In this document: in pieces, positions 8,993 through 18,400 of the stretch | Numbering within the stretch: the stretch's first letter is position 1 | Layout of the letters: each line of letters opens with the position of its first letter | Source of the DNA: Candidatus Levybacteria bacterium RIFCSPHIGHO2_01_FULL_38_26 | GTDB taxonomy: Bacteria > Patescibacteriota > Microgenomatia > Levybacterales > UBA12049 | DNA length: 64,000 bases | Assembly: GCA_001782075.1 (NCBI GenBank) | Contig: MFNO01000016.1 | Coordinates: forward strand, 5,600 to 69,599 | Direction: 5' to 3' | The notes under the pieces: generated by a model | Seen by the model: only the letters and a program-made list of their open reading frames with translations | Database searches by the model: none | What the model was told of the DNA's origin: nothing | Program-made: the position numbers and the translations under genes

Positions 8993-9808
8993 TTATTGAG
9001 ATATCCATGGAAATGCCCATGAATACGAGGCACCACCATGAATTTCAACTGGTAGCAATACAACTCCGCCTATTGTAACATCAGGACCAGGAGTAAATCC
9101 ACCACTAAATGTCTTAATTGAGGGATCATCATGATCCTGGGCTACGTCAATACCGCCTGCCCATGCAGATCCTCCAGCAAACGTATCACGACCCGCTATT
9201 TGTTCAAAATTATTAGCATTCGTAACAAATCCTGTCACTCCGACTCCAGACGCTACCCCTGCAACACCACCTCCACCTACAGAAGCTATTGGCCCAGCCT
9301 GCCAACCTGTCCCCCAATTAGAAGAATTTGAATCTTTTGCTATTCCAATACAGAATGAGCAAGTACCATATATACCTGCTCCTAAGTTGGCACTTACACA
9401 AAGTCCAATAGCCATTTCTCCCGAGGGATCAGAAAGATTGATTGGGTTATTCAAGGCATAAGCATAAGGATTCTGCGTCTGAGGGTTATTAACCATACCA
9501 TCTATTGGATCTCTTGAAATGAATTGACCATTAACAGGATCATAATAACGTGCTCTCATATAGTACATGTCACTTTCTTCATCGAGATATTGTTCTTGAA
9601 ATTGATATTTTGGAGGGATACTGTTATCATATCGCTTGTTTCCAAAGGGATCATAATCCGTCTGCGATGCTTCGTTTCCGGACGAATTAGACGTAAACCT
9701 TATATTACCCATTCCATCTTCCATAATCCATTCTCGTCCAGAATTTGATCCAGAACCTACGCTAATCAATTCTTGATTTAGTCCATAGATGTTGAATTCG
9801 GAAACATA
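8993..9808 (-). pseudogene. RHS repeat-associated core plus C-terminal toxin domain, 5'-truncated
   Basis: YDPFG, YYMRARYYDPVNGQFISRDP, NPYAYALNNPINLSDPSG; frame stays open upstream of 9769 to the repeat edge (YVSEFNIYGLNQEL...). Confidence 0.85.
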
Positions 9809-9985
9809 ACATCAACCCTGATGAGTTGATTGAAAAAATACAGAAGTTTTTGACTAATTAAAATGCTTGAATCAGGTTGTAAATTGGAGTAAGCACAGAT
9901 ATTATCAAAAGCGCAACCCCAACTCCCAACAAAACCATAATAAAAGGCTCCATTGCTGTAGTGAGAGTTTTGATTGCCTGATCAA
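9809..9985. repeat. 177-bp exact direct repeat, copy 2
   Basis: Identical to 7350-7526 (offset 2459 bp). Confidence 0.97.
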
Positions 9986-11066
9986 CTTCTCCCTCAAAGT
10001 ACTCCGAGGCTTTTAGCAATAACTCATCTATTTTCCCAGTCTGCTCGCCAACCTCGACCAAATGTACCAGAAGAGGAGGGAACAGCTCGTGATGCGAAAG
10101 AGAAGACGCCACAGATTCACCCTTTTCAACTCTACTGGAAACATCAAGAATCGCGTTTTTGTAATGAATATTGCCTGTAATTTCAGAAACCCTGTTCAGA
10201 GAATCAACAATTAAAGTTCCGCTTCCCACCAATAATCCAAAAGTTCTTGAAAACTCGGTAAGTATTGTCTTTCTGATTAGGGGACCAAAGATTGGAAGCT
10301 TTAACACTAAATTACCAATCACTACTTGTCCAGTTTCTGTTTTGTTCCAAAATCTAAAAAGGACAGCAAAAACTACCATAAAAATTAACCCGATTGGCCA
10401 ATAAGCAACTGTAAAATCAGAAATACCAACAACAATCCTGGTTATCAACGGCAACTCAAGATTAGGAATGCTTGTGTAAAGCACGGAAAGAGTAGGGATG
10501 ACAAAAACCATCATTATAAACACAACAACAACCATTCCTGATACAACTATCGAGGGGTAAAGAAGAGCTGCTTTAATAGTACTTTTGAGCTTTTGATCTT
10601 TTTCAAGATTATCTGCAAAACGAAGAAGCGCCTTGTCCAGAAGTCCAGAGGATTCAGAAGCCTTAATCGTCGAGACATAAACAGGCGAAAAAACCTTTGG
10701 AAATCTTCCGACAGCTGCTGAAAAAGACTGCCCTCCCTCAATGCCTCCAATAACCCCTTCTATAACCTCCGAAAGAGAAGTTTTTTTTGTCTGGTTTTTC
10801 AAAACCTCTAAAGATCGCACAAGAGTAAGCCCCGACGACAACATAGAAGCCAATTGTCTCGTAAATATTACGACATCACTTGAGGTAACTTTGCCAAAGG
10901 GGAGAGGCAAGTCCTCCAAAATATTGCCACTACTTTTTTTTGAAACCTTTATTGGAAAAAATGCTTTACTTCTCAGGTATTCAGCGGCCTGATGTTCGCT
11001 TTGGGCTTCTATTGTTCCCTGAATTAGTTTTCCTTCTTTGGTTGCCGCCTTGTAAGATAATTTCAT
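9858..11066 (-). CDS. pilC: Type IV pilus platform protein PilC (T2SS F family)
   Basis: FTRQLASMLSSGL, ALLYP, VGEQTGKIDELL, MEPFIMV. Confidence 0.95.
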   Translation of the reverse strand: MKLSYKAATKEGKLIQGTIEAQSEHQAAEYLRSKAFFPIKVSKKSSGNILEDLPLPFGKVTSSDVVIFTRQLASMLSSGLTLVRSLEVLKNQTKKTSLSEVIEGVIGGIEGGQSFSAAVGRFPKVFSPVYVSTIKASESSGLLDKALLRFADNLEKDQKLKSTIKAALLYPSIVVSGMVVVVFIMMVFVIPTLSVLYTSIPNLELPLITRIVVGISDFTVAYWPIGLIFMVVFAVLFRFWNKTETGQVVIGNLVLKLPIFGPLIRKTILTEFSRTFGLLVGSGTLIVDSLNRVSEITGNIHYKNAILDVSSRVEKGESVASSLSHHELFPPLLVHLVEVGEQTGKIDELLLKASEYFEGEVDQAIKTLTTAMEPFIMVLLGVGVALLIISVLTPIYNLIQAF

Positions 11067-11068
11067 TT

Positions 11069-12136
11069 TTAAGAAACGAGCTGTAAAAAGTCATCTTGAT
11101 GCAGCGCATAAGCTTTTGCAACTTCGATATCAACTACCCCAGATGAAACCAAGCTTGCCAAAGAAGACTCAAGAGTCACCATACCGGCATCTTTGGACGT
11201 CTGGATAACAGAATCCAAAACATGAGTTTTTCCCTCTCTTATAACATTGGCAACAGCCGGTGTACCAAGAAGTATCTCACAAGCCGGAACCCTACCTCCA
11301 TTTACAGCCGGCAAGAGTCTTTGAGACACTATTCCCCTAAGCGTTGCCGAGAGTTGAAGTCTTATCTGCGCTTGTTGGTTTGCGGGAAAGACATCTATCA
11401 TCCTATCTATTGTTTGAGCAGCTGAGTTGGTATGAAGTGTCGAAAAAACTAAATGCCCAGTTTCGGCAACGCTAATTGCTGTGGCGATAGTCTCTGGGTC
11501 CCTCATCTCTCCAACCAAAACAACATCTGGATCCTCACGAAGAGCAGCTCTTAGAGACGCCTCCCAAGAATGTGTATCAACACCCATCTCTCTTTGGGAA
11601 ATAAGACTTTTTCCAGCTGGATACATATATTCGATTGGGTCCTCTACAGTTAAAATATGAGAAGCTTTATTCAAGTTGATGATATTTATAATAGAAGCTA
11701 ATGTAGTTGATTTACCATGCCCATTGGGCCCAGCAATCAATACAAAACCTTGTTTTAATTTAGCAAAATCATTGAGTATATTGGGCAAATTTAGCTCTGA
11801 AACTGATCTTATGGTCGGGGGGAATAATCGGAACGCTCCGCTTAAAAAGCGTCTTTGATAGTAAATGTTTGCGCGAAATCGCCCTTTGTCGCCGTATACC
11901 CCACCTCCAAAACCGAAAGAAAAATCAAGCTCTTTGTTAGCAAGTAGATACTCCTTTTGTTCTGGGGTCAGTAGGGAAAAAATCATCTCCTCCAAAAGAT
12001 CTTGGGTAAGAACAGGCTGATTGGACATGTATCTTAGGGATCCATCTATGCGAAGAGCTGGAGGGTTTCCCGCCACAAGGTGTAAATCCGACGCGTTATT
12101 TTTAATCGTAAGATGTAACAGTTCTTGTATGTCCAT
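11069..12136 (-). CDS. pilT: Pilus retraction ATPase PilT
   Basis: ASDLHL, GPNGHGKSTT, EDPIE, ALREDPDVVLVGEMRD, GHLVFSTLHT, NVIREGK. Confidence 0.95.
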   Translation of the reverse strand: MDIQELLHLTIKNNASDLHLVAGNPPALRIDGSLRYMSNQPVLTQDLLEEMIFSLLTPEQKEYLLANKELDFSFGFGGGVYGDKGRFRANIYYQRRFLSGAFRLFPPTIRSVSELNLPNILNDFAKLKQGFVLIAGPNGHGKSTTLASIINIINLNKASHILTVEDPIEYMYPAGKSLISQREMGVDTHSWEASLRAALREDPDVVLVGEMRDPETIATAISVAETGHLVFSTLHTNSAAQTIDRMIDVFPANQQAQIRLQLSATLRGIVSQRLLPAVNGGRVPACEILLGTPAVANVIREGKTHVLDSVIQTSKDAGMVTLESSLASLVSSGVVDIEVAKAYALHQDDFLQLVS

Positions 12137-12139
12137 AGT

Positions 12140-13879
12140 TTATTCCTGCGCTACTCTTATCACTTCCTCAATAGTAGTTACTCCACCTAACGCTTTTAGA
12201 TATCCGTCTTGTTTCATTGTAATCATTCCCTCCGAAATAGCCTGTCTTTCTATAGTACCACTATCCGCGTTTTCAGATATAAGCTTTATTATCTTTTCAG
12301 ATACTGGAAGCGTCTCAAAAATTCCAATTCTGCCTAGGTATCCGGAACTACCGCATTCATCGCAGCCTTTTCCTTTGTAAAGCTTGATTTCTTTATTTGA
12401 AGGAAAGAGTTTTTGCAACACATTTTTCATCTCATCCACAATTTGAGGCAATGGAATATAGCTTTCTTTACAATGATCACAAATTATTCTAACAATTCTT
12501 TGGCCCAAAACAGCGTTCATTGTTGACGCCAAAAGAAAGCTTTGAGCGCCTAAATCAATAAGACGAGGAAGCGCCCCAGCTGCGTTTGAGGTATGAAGTG
12601 TCGAAAAAACTAAATGTCCAGTGAGAGCTGCCTGAATAGCCAAGTCTGTTGTCTCCTGATCACGTATTTCTCCCACCAAAATTATATTTGGATCTTGCCT
12701 TAGGAAAGAACGAAGTCCAGTCGCGAAAGTCAGTCCAACAGCAGGATTTATGGCTACTTGATTTACTCCCGTTATCTGATACTCAACAGGATCCTCCAGT
12801 GTCATAATATTGACTCTAGTTGTATTTAATCTGGACAAAACCGAATAAAGAGTTGTTGTTTTTCCACTTCCTGTAGGTCCGCAAACGATAATAATACCAT
12901 GGGGACGTAAAATAGCAGTCTCAAGGTTGCGAAGACTGGCGCCTGAAAGCCCTAACTTCTCAAGGCTTGGAATTCCTCCGGATTTTCTAAGCAACCTCAT
13001 TACTATTTTTTCTCCGTGAGCTGTTGGCAAAACAGAAATACGAAGGTCTACCTCTTTATCTCCTGTTTTAAAGTTGAATCTGCCGTCTTGAGGAATACGA
13101 TGCTCATCTATTTTCATATCTGACATAATTTTTATACGGGAAACCACAGAGTCTTGAACATTCTTGGGAAGGCTTAATTTATCGTACAAGATCCCATCTA
13201 TTCTGTACCTAACCCTTATCCTATCTTCTTGCGGCTCTACGTGAATATCGGAAGACCTGCTCGCCATAGCGTAATCTAAAATCGTTGATACAATTTTGGC
13301 TATTGGCGCTTCCGCGACAGTCTGTGAAATCTGCGTTGTATCATAAGTATGCACTTTTTCAGATACTTCTACCGACTCCTTCAAGGCTTCTCCGACTTCG
13401 CCAACCAAACCCTGCCTGTACTGTACGCTAATTGCTTGCTCGACGTCATTCTTTTCTGCCGCAAATACTTTTATGTTAAGCCCTGTTCTCCTACGGATAA
13501 AGGAGATTGCCTCAAGGTCAGTAGCGTTACTCATCGCGACTGACAAAGTCTTTAGTTTATCGTCGTAAGCAAAAGGGATTAAAGAAAATCTTTCCGCCAC
13601 AGAAAACGGTATAAAACCAAGCGCCTGAGGAGAAAACGATGATGAGCCAAGGGAAATAAAAGGCAATCCCAAGCTTTTGGCTTTGGCTTTTTCTATTTCC
13701 TCTTTTTTAATTAAATTAAGAGATTCAATGGCCTTTTCTTCTGGAATACCTTCTGTCGCGCTTTTTAGCTTCACTTGCCTAGCTTGCTCATGAGTCAACA
13801 AACGTTCGGACACGAGAGCATCAACTAAACTTACTTTGGCGTTAGGTATTGTTGAAAAAGGATCGGGCATTATTTTCAT
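12140..13879 (-). CDS. pilB: Pilus assembly ATPase PilB/GspE
   Basis: SSDIHVEP, GPTGSGKTTT, LRQDPNIILVGEIRD, CDHC...CDEC zinc motif. Confidence 0.95.
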   Translation of the reverse strand: MKIMPDPFSTIPNAKVSLVDALVSERLLTHEQARQVKLKSATEGIPEEKAIESLNLIKKEEIEKAKAKSLGLPFISLGSSSFSPQALGFIPFSVAERFSLIPFAYDDKLKTLSVAMSNATDLEAISFIRRRTGLNIKVFAAEKNDVEQAISVQYRQGLVGEVGEALKESVEVSEKVHTYDTTQISQTVAEAPIAKIVSTILDYAMASRSSDIHVEPQEDRIRVRYRIDGILYDKLSLPKNVQDSVVSRIKIMSDMKIDEHRIPQDGRFNFKTGDKEVDLRISVLPTAHGEKIVMRLLRKSGGIPSLEKLGLSGASLRNLETAILRPHGIIIVCGPTGSGKTTTLYSVLSRLNTTRVNIMTLEDPVEYQITGVNQVAINPAVGLTFATGLRSFLRQDPNIILVGEIRDQETTDLAIQAALTGHLVFSTLHTSNAAGALPRLIDLGAQSFLLASTMNAVLGQRIVRIICDHCKESYIPLPQIVDEMKNVLQKLFPSNKEIKLYKGKGCDECGSSGYLGRIGIFETLPVSEKIIKLISENADSGTIERQAISEGMITMKQDGYLKALGGVTTIEEVIRVAQE

Positions 13880-13908
13880 AATAAAGAATAATTAGTTATA
13901 ATGTCAAT

Positions 13909-14625
13909 ATGCATTCATTTTTAATAGTCTCAAAAATCCAAAAAGCCGCTCTTGAATATGCAGTGAGAAATTGTAAAGAGAGTAAAATAGACAAATTTGA
14001 CATAAGCATCCTGACATTTGAAAAATCAATCGGTATAGAAGATATAAGAAATTTTCAAAAAAAACTAGTTTTAAAACCACTCAGAAGCAAGGCAAAAGCT
14101 GTAATTTTAGATGGGTCAAAAGATGTTACCATAGAAGCTCAAAATGCGCTTTTGAAAACTCTTGAGGAACCGCCTTCTAATACTATTATATATATAATAA
14201 TATCAAATAAAGATCTTGTTCTTCCAACAATTCTTTCACGGTGCCAGGTGATCGAGCTTAGAGACAAAGAATATAAACTTTCCAAAGACGAAGAAGCTCA
14301 ATACCTCAACATCTTAACATCATTATCCTCCTGCGGAGTAGGGGACAGATTAAAACTAGCCCAGGATGTGGCGAAAAACAAGCAAGAGTCGATTCCCGAG
14401 CTTGAAAAGATGATTATTGCGGCGAGGCAAAAATTGATTAATTCCGTATGTCATTCTGAACATAGAGAAGAATCTCTAGAGATTCTTCGGCTAAAGCCTC
14501 AGGATGACAATGCGGTACACAAATATCTTAATATCCTAATATCTTTAAATAAAACCTACGCGCTTCTCAAAACCACCAACGTCAACTCCCGTCTCGCCCT
14601 CGAAAACTTATTTTTGAATTTATAA
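13909..14625 (+). CDS. holB: DNA polymerase III delta' subunit-like
   Basis: AQNALLKTLEEP, LPTILSRC; carries an in-frame palindromic insert. Confidence 0.8.
   Translation: MHSFLIVSKIQKAALEYAVRNCKESKIDKFDISILTFEKSIGIEDIRNFQKKLVLKPLRSKAKAVILDGSKDVTIEAQNALLKTLEEPPSNTIIYIIISNKDLVLPTILSRCQVIELRDKEYKLSKDEEAQYLNILTSLSSCGVGDRLKLAQDVAKNKQESIPELEKMIIAARQKLINSVCHSEHREESLEILRLKPQDDNAVHKYLNILISLNKTYALLKTTNVNSRLALENLFLNL
14449..14509. repeat. REP-like palindrome in frame within holB
   Basis: TGTCATTCTGA...GAAGAATCTCTAGAGATTCTTC (perfect 22-bp palindrome)...TCAGGATGACA. Confidence 0.8.
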
Positions 14626-14702
14626 AACTTAACTAAACTAGCTTCCAAACATCCATATTCTCCCATATCGCAAAGCTATTCCGATCCCGTATCGGAAGTC
14701 GT

Positions 14703-15143
14703 CTATATAAGTCTGGACTCTCTCAATATATTAAATGTCAAGCCATGGCCGGCCCTTTCAACAAAATCTTCCGTTTCCTGGGGGTTTAAACGCAATATTC
14801 TAGCCATTAATATCGTATCGCCTAAGCTGGGGTGACTACGCTGGTCGCTAACTAACAAATGCACATAAGCATCAGAATAATCTAGACGTCTTGCAAACTC
14901 AGCCTTAGTAACCCCCAATCTCTGTATATAAACTCCTAGTCTTCCTCCAAGGCTTTCCGGCATTACTTCGGGTAAGGCATCAGGGCTAAAGTTTATCGGA
15001 GCGCTAACCATCTCTTTTCGAATCTCTTCTATGGAAGGCACGCCCAGATATGCGTCAACTATTTGACCAAGCTCACCCAGTTGTTCTGGTTTATTTATAC
15101 TATTGATTCTAGAAGTAATATGGTGTTTAATATTCTCGACCAT
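14703..15143 (-). CDS. XRE-family HTH protein
   Basis: LGVYIQRLGVTKAEFARRLDYSDAYVHLLVSDQRSHPS; start moved to MVEN after TATAAT. Confidence 0.75.
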   Translation of the reverse strand: MVENIKHHITSRINSINKPEQLGELGQIVDAYLGVPSIEEIRKEMVSAPINFSPDALPEVMPESLGGRLGVYIQRLGVTKAEFARRLDYSDAYVHLLVSDQRSHPSLGDTILMARILRLNPQETEDFVERAGHGLTFNILRESRLI

Positions 15144-15300
15144 AATAATATTATACAATACCAAAAGATAAAATAAAAATAATCACAAGCTTCTCTAGAC
15201 CTCAGAGTAAGAAATTCCAAAAAAAGCGCTATTACGTATATGATGGGTTTAACCTTTTTCTAATTTTGACCTACATTGTTATAACTGATAAAATTGTTTG

Positions 15301-16551
15301 ATGATAGGTGGAATTAAAAAAATACTTTATTTCCCGATTGCCTCTTATTTCAAATTCTTCGCCCAAATCAGGTTAAATCGTTGGAATCCAAGAATTATTG
15401 TTATAACAGGTTCGAGCGGGAAAACAACGCTTTTACATCTGATCGAATCACAGCTTGGGACAGCGGCAAAATATTCCCACCAGGCCAACAGCAGCTTTGG
15501 TATACCGTTTGATATTTTGGACTTGCATAGAAAAAACTTAATCTTTTCAGAATGGCCAATTCTCTTTCTACTCGCTCCTTTTACTGCCTTCAAAGCTCCG
15601 CCAAAAGAAAAACTTTATATAGTCGAGGCGGATGTTGACAGACCGAATGAGGGAAAATTTCTTGCAGATTTATTAAACCCCGAAGTTACGCTATGGACCG
15701 GGGTCGGAAAAACCCACGCAGCCAACTTTAACCAGCTTTTAAAAAACAAGAATTTCTCCATTGTCGAAGACGCTATAGGTTATGAATTTGGATTTTATTT
15801 AGAGTCAACTTCCAAACTTGCTATTGTGAACGGAGATTCTGATTTAATAAACAAACAGACAAAAAGATCAAAAGCAGAGATAAAAAATGCCTCTCAAAAG
15901 AATACTGATTATTACAAACTTTTTAAAGACCGCACAGAGTTTAGAATTAAAGGAAAAACCTACTTAATTAATGCCCTGCTTCCAAAAGAAGCGTCTCTTT
16001 CAATCCAAATGACTCTTTCTCTTCTTGAGTGTCTTGATGTTAAACCCGATTATTCGTTCTCAAAATTCACTCTTCCCCCCGGGAGATCCGGAATTTTTAA
16101 AGGCATAAAAAATACTACTATAATAGACAGCTCTTACAACGCAACTCCGGACGGAGTGATTTCTATTCTTGAAATGTTTGAATTTTACCCAAGTAATAAA
16201 AAGTGGCTGGTTTTGGGAGATATGATAGAACTTGGCGAAGAAGAGAAGGAAGAACACGAAAAACTTGCCGAAATAATTGGACGAATGAAACTTGAAAAAA
16301 TTATTCTGGTCGGACCACGTGTGTCAAAGTATACATATCCGAAAATAAAAAATGCAGAAAAATTCCTTATGCCAAAAGATGCAATGGGTTATCTAACAAA
16401 CAATCTAAAGGGTAGGGAAGTGGTATTGTTTAAGGGGGCAAGGTTTCTGGAAGGAATTATCGAGCATCTTTTAGCTGATAAAGCAGATGTGAGCAATCTA
16501 TGTCGGAGGGAAAAAATTTGGCAACAAAGGAGAAAAAAATGGGGACTCTAA
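15301..16551 (+). CDS. murF: Mur ligase, MurF-like
   Basis: ITGSSGKTT, IIDSSYNATP, VLGDMIELG, LFKGAR. Confidence 0.8.
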   Translation: MIGGIKKILYFPIASYFKFFAQIRLNRWNPRIIVITGSSGKTTLLHLIESQLGTAAKYSHQANSSFGIPFDILDLHRKNLIFSEWPILFLLAPFTAFKAPPKEKLYIVEADVDRPNEGKFLADLLNPEVTLWTGVGKTHAANFNQLLKNKNFSIVEDAIGYEFGFYLESTSKLAIVNGDSDLINKQTKRSKAEIKNASQKNTDYYKLFKDRTEFRIKGKTYLINALLPKEASLSIQMTLSLLECLDVKPDYSFSKFTLPPGRSGIFKGIKNTTIIDSSYNATPDGVISILEMFEFYPSNKKWLVLGDMIELGEEEKEEHEKLAEIIGRMKLEKIILVGPRVSKYTYPKIKNAEKFLMPKDAMGYLTNNLKGREVVLFKGARFLEGIIEHLLADKADVSNLCRREKIWQQRRKKWGL

Positions 16552-17225
16552 ACAAAGTTTACATTCTTCACGGTTGGACATATTCAACAGACAAATGGAA
16601 ACCTTTCGTTGAGTTTTTAAAACAAAAGGGAATTGACTCAACTCTTCTAAAAATTCCAGGCTTGACTGAAAAACTCGATAAAGCGTGGAAGATAGAGGAC
16701 TATATTGAATGGTTAAAAAACAAAGTGGGCAACAAAGTAATCCTAATCGGCCACTCCAATGGCGGCAGGATTGCTCTTAATTTTGCTATTAAATATCCTG
16801 ATAGATTAGACTGTCTAATTTTAATAGATAGCGCAGGGATTTACCATGATGATCTTGCTGTAAAAACAAAACGATATGTATTTAAAGGTATCTCAAAGAT
16901 TGCTAAAAAGTTCACCTCGTCTGAAAAATTAAGAACTCTTCTGTACAAAGTAGTAGGGGAGACCGACTACAAAAATGCCAATCCACTTATGCGGCAAACC
17001 ATGGTCAATCTTATAAATTCGGATAAATCTCTAAAACTTGATAAAATAATAGTCAAGACCTTAATTGTTTGGGGAGAAAAAGACCAAGTTACGCCACTTT
17101 CGGATGGAAGAATCATGAACAGACTAATTAAAGACTCAAAACTTTATATCGTCAAAGAAGCTAAACACTCTCCGCAGTTTACACACCCGCGGGAAGTAAG
17201 CGATATTATAAGTAAAAAACTATGA
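16539..17225 (+). CDS. Alpha/beta hydrolase
   Basis: LHGW, GHSNGG nucleophile elbow, WGEKD, AKHSP; AGGAG before ATG 16539. Confidence 0.9.
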   Translation: MGTLNKVYILHGWTYSTDKWKPFVEFLKQKGIDSTLLKIPGLTEKLDKAWKIEDYIEWLKNKVGNKVILIGHSNGGRIALNFAIKYPDRLDCLILIDSAGIYHDDLAVKTKRYVFKGISKIAKKFTSSEKLRTLLYKVVGETDYKNANPLMRQTMVNLINSDKSLKLDKIIVKTLIVWGEKDQVTPLSDGRIMNRLIKDSKLYIVKEAKHSPQFTHPREVSDIISKKL

Positions 17226-18400
17226 ATATTTTTAATTCTTTAGGATCAAATTACGACTGGAGATTTGTTCTAAAGGCCTTGTTTGCAAAAAACAAAGAGT
17301 CATACTCGGCAAATCTTAAGAATCTCCTTGAAAAAAAATACAATGGGGAGGTGCTTCTTGCTTACAAAGGTAGGCAGGCTATAGAATTGACATTGGAAAT
17401 ATTAAATCTTCCAAAAGAAAGTTTTATTGCGATTAATGGATTTACGTGTGTCGCGGTTTTCAATTCAATTCGAAAAGCTGGATTTGAACCAGTTTGCCTT
17501 GATCTTCAAGATTCAGGCGGCTTGAATTTTACGCCAGATTCACTCGAGAAAACATTATCAAAAAACAAAAAAATATCTGCAGTAATTATTCAAAATACGT
17601 TGGGATATCCGTGTGATATCGAAGGAATTCTTGCCATCTGCAAAAGACATAATCTAATTCTGATTGAAGATCTTGCTCACTGCGTCGGGACTCGTTACCC
17701 AAATGGGAAAGAAACAGGAACAATGGGGGATTTTGTAGTTTTGTCTTTCAGCCAGGATAAAATAATAGACTCAGTTTCCGGCGGAGCACTCGTTATCCGC
17801 AACAAAAAATATTTTGACAAGGGAAACTCCCTAGGTGGCCTATCTAAACCACCTCCAATGTGGATTTTTAGAGACAGGATTTACCCGTTTGAAACGTACA
17901 AAATTCGTGCAGCATACAAATTGGGACTAGGAAAACCGTACCACTTTCTACTAAAAAAGCTTGGCTTGTTGCCAAATGTTATGAACCAATCGTTTTATGA
18001 TTATTATTCATTGCCCAATTGGCATGCAAGTCTTGCACTTTATCAGTTTAAACACCTTGACACACAACTAAACCACAGAAGGAAAATTGCCCAAATTTAT
18101 GTCTCTCTGCTGCCAGAAAATATACTCATGTTCGCAAAGGAAAAAAACAAAGAAGCGGTATCGCTATCATCAAATTTACGCTTTCCAATCTTCGTAGAAA
18201 ACAGGTCTAAACTCATTCGAAAACTCAAAGATCAAGGTGTTTACATATCAGATGTCTGGTATACTGATGTTGCGCCACAATGCCCAAATGCAGTCGATGA
18301 CTCAAAAATGATCCTTAACCTCCCAACGCATATTAACATCACAGAAAAAGATGCTAAAAATATTTCTTTAATTATAAACCAATGGCTAAAATCACAATAA
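17222..18400 (+). CDS. DegT/DnrJ/EryC1/StrS-family PLP aminotransferase
   Basis: IEDLAH, SFSQDKII (PLP Lys), GGAL, ILNLPTH. Confidence 0.85.
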   Translation: MNIFNSLGSNYDWRFVLKALFAKNKESYSANLKNLLEKKYNGEVLLAYKGRQAIELTLEILNLPKESFIAINGFTCVAVFNSIRKAGFEPVCLDLQDSGGLNFTPDSLEKTLSKNKKISAVIIQNTLGYPCDIEGILAICKRHNLILIEDLAHCVGTRYPNGKETGTMGDFVVLSFSQDKIIDSVSGGALVIRNKKYFDKGNSLGGLSKPPPMWIFRDRIYPFETYKIRAAYKLGLGKPYHFLLKKLGLLPNVMNQSFYDYYSLPNWHASLALYQFKHLDTQLNHRRKIAQIYVSLLPENILMFAKEKNKEAVSLSSNLRFPIFVENRSKLIRKLKDQGVYISDVWYTDVAPQCPNAVDDSKMILNLPTHINITEKDAKNISLIINQWLKSQ

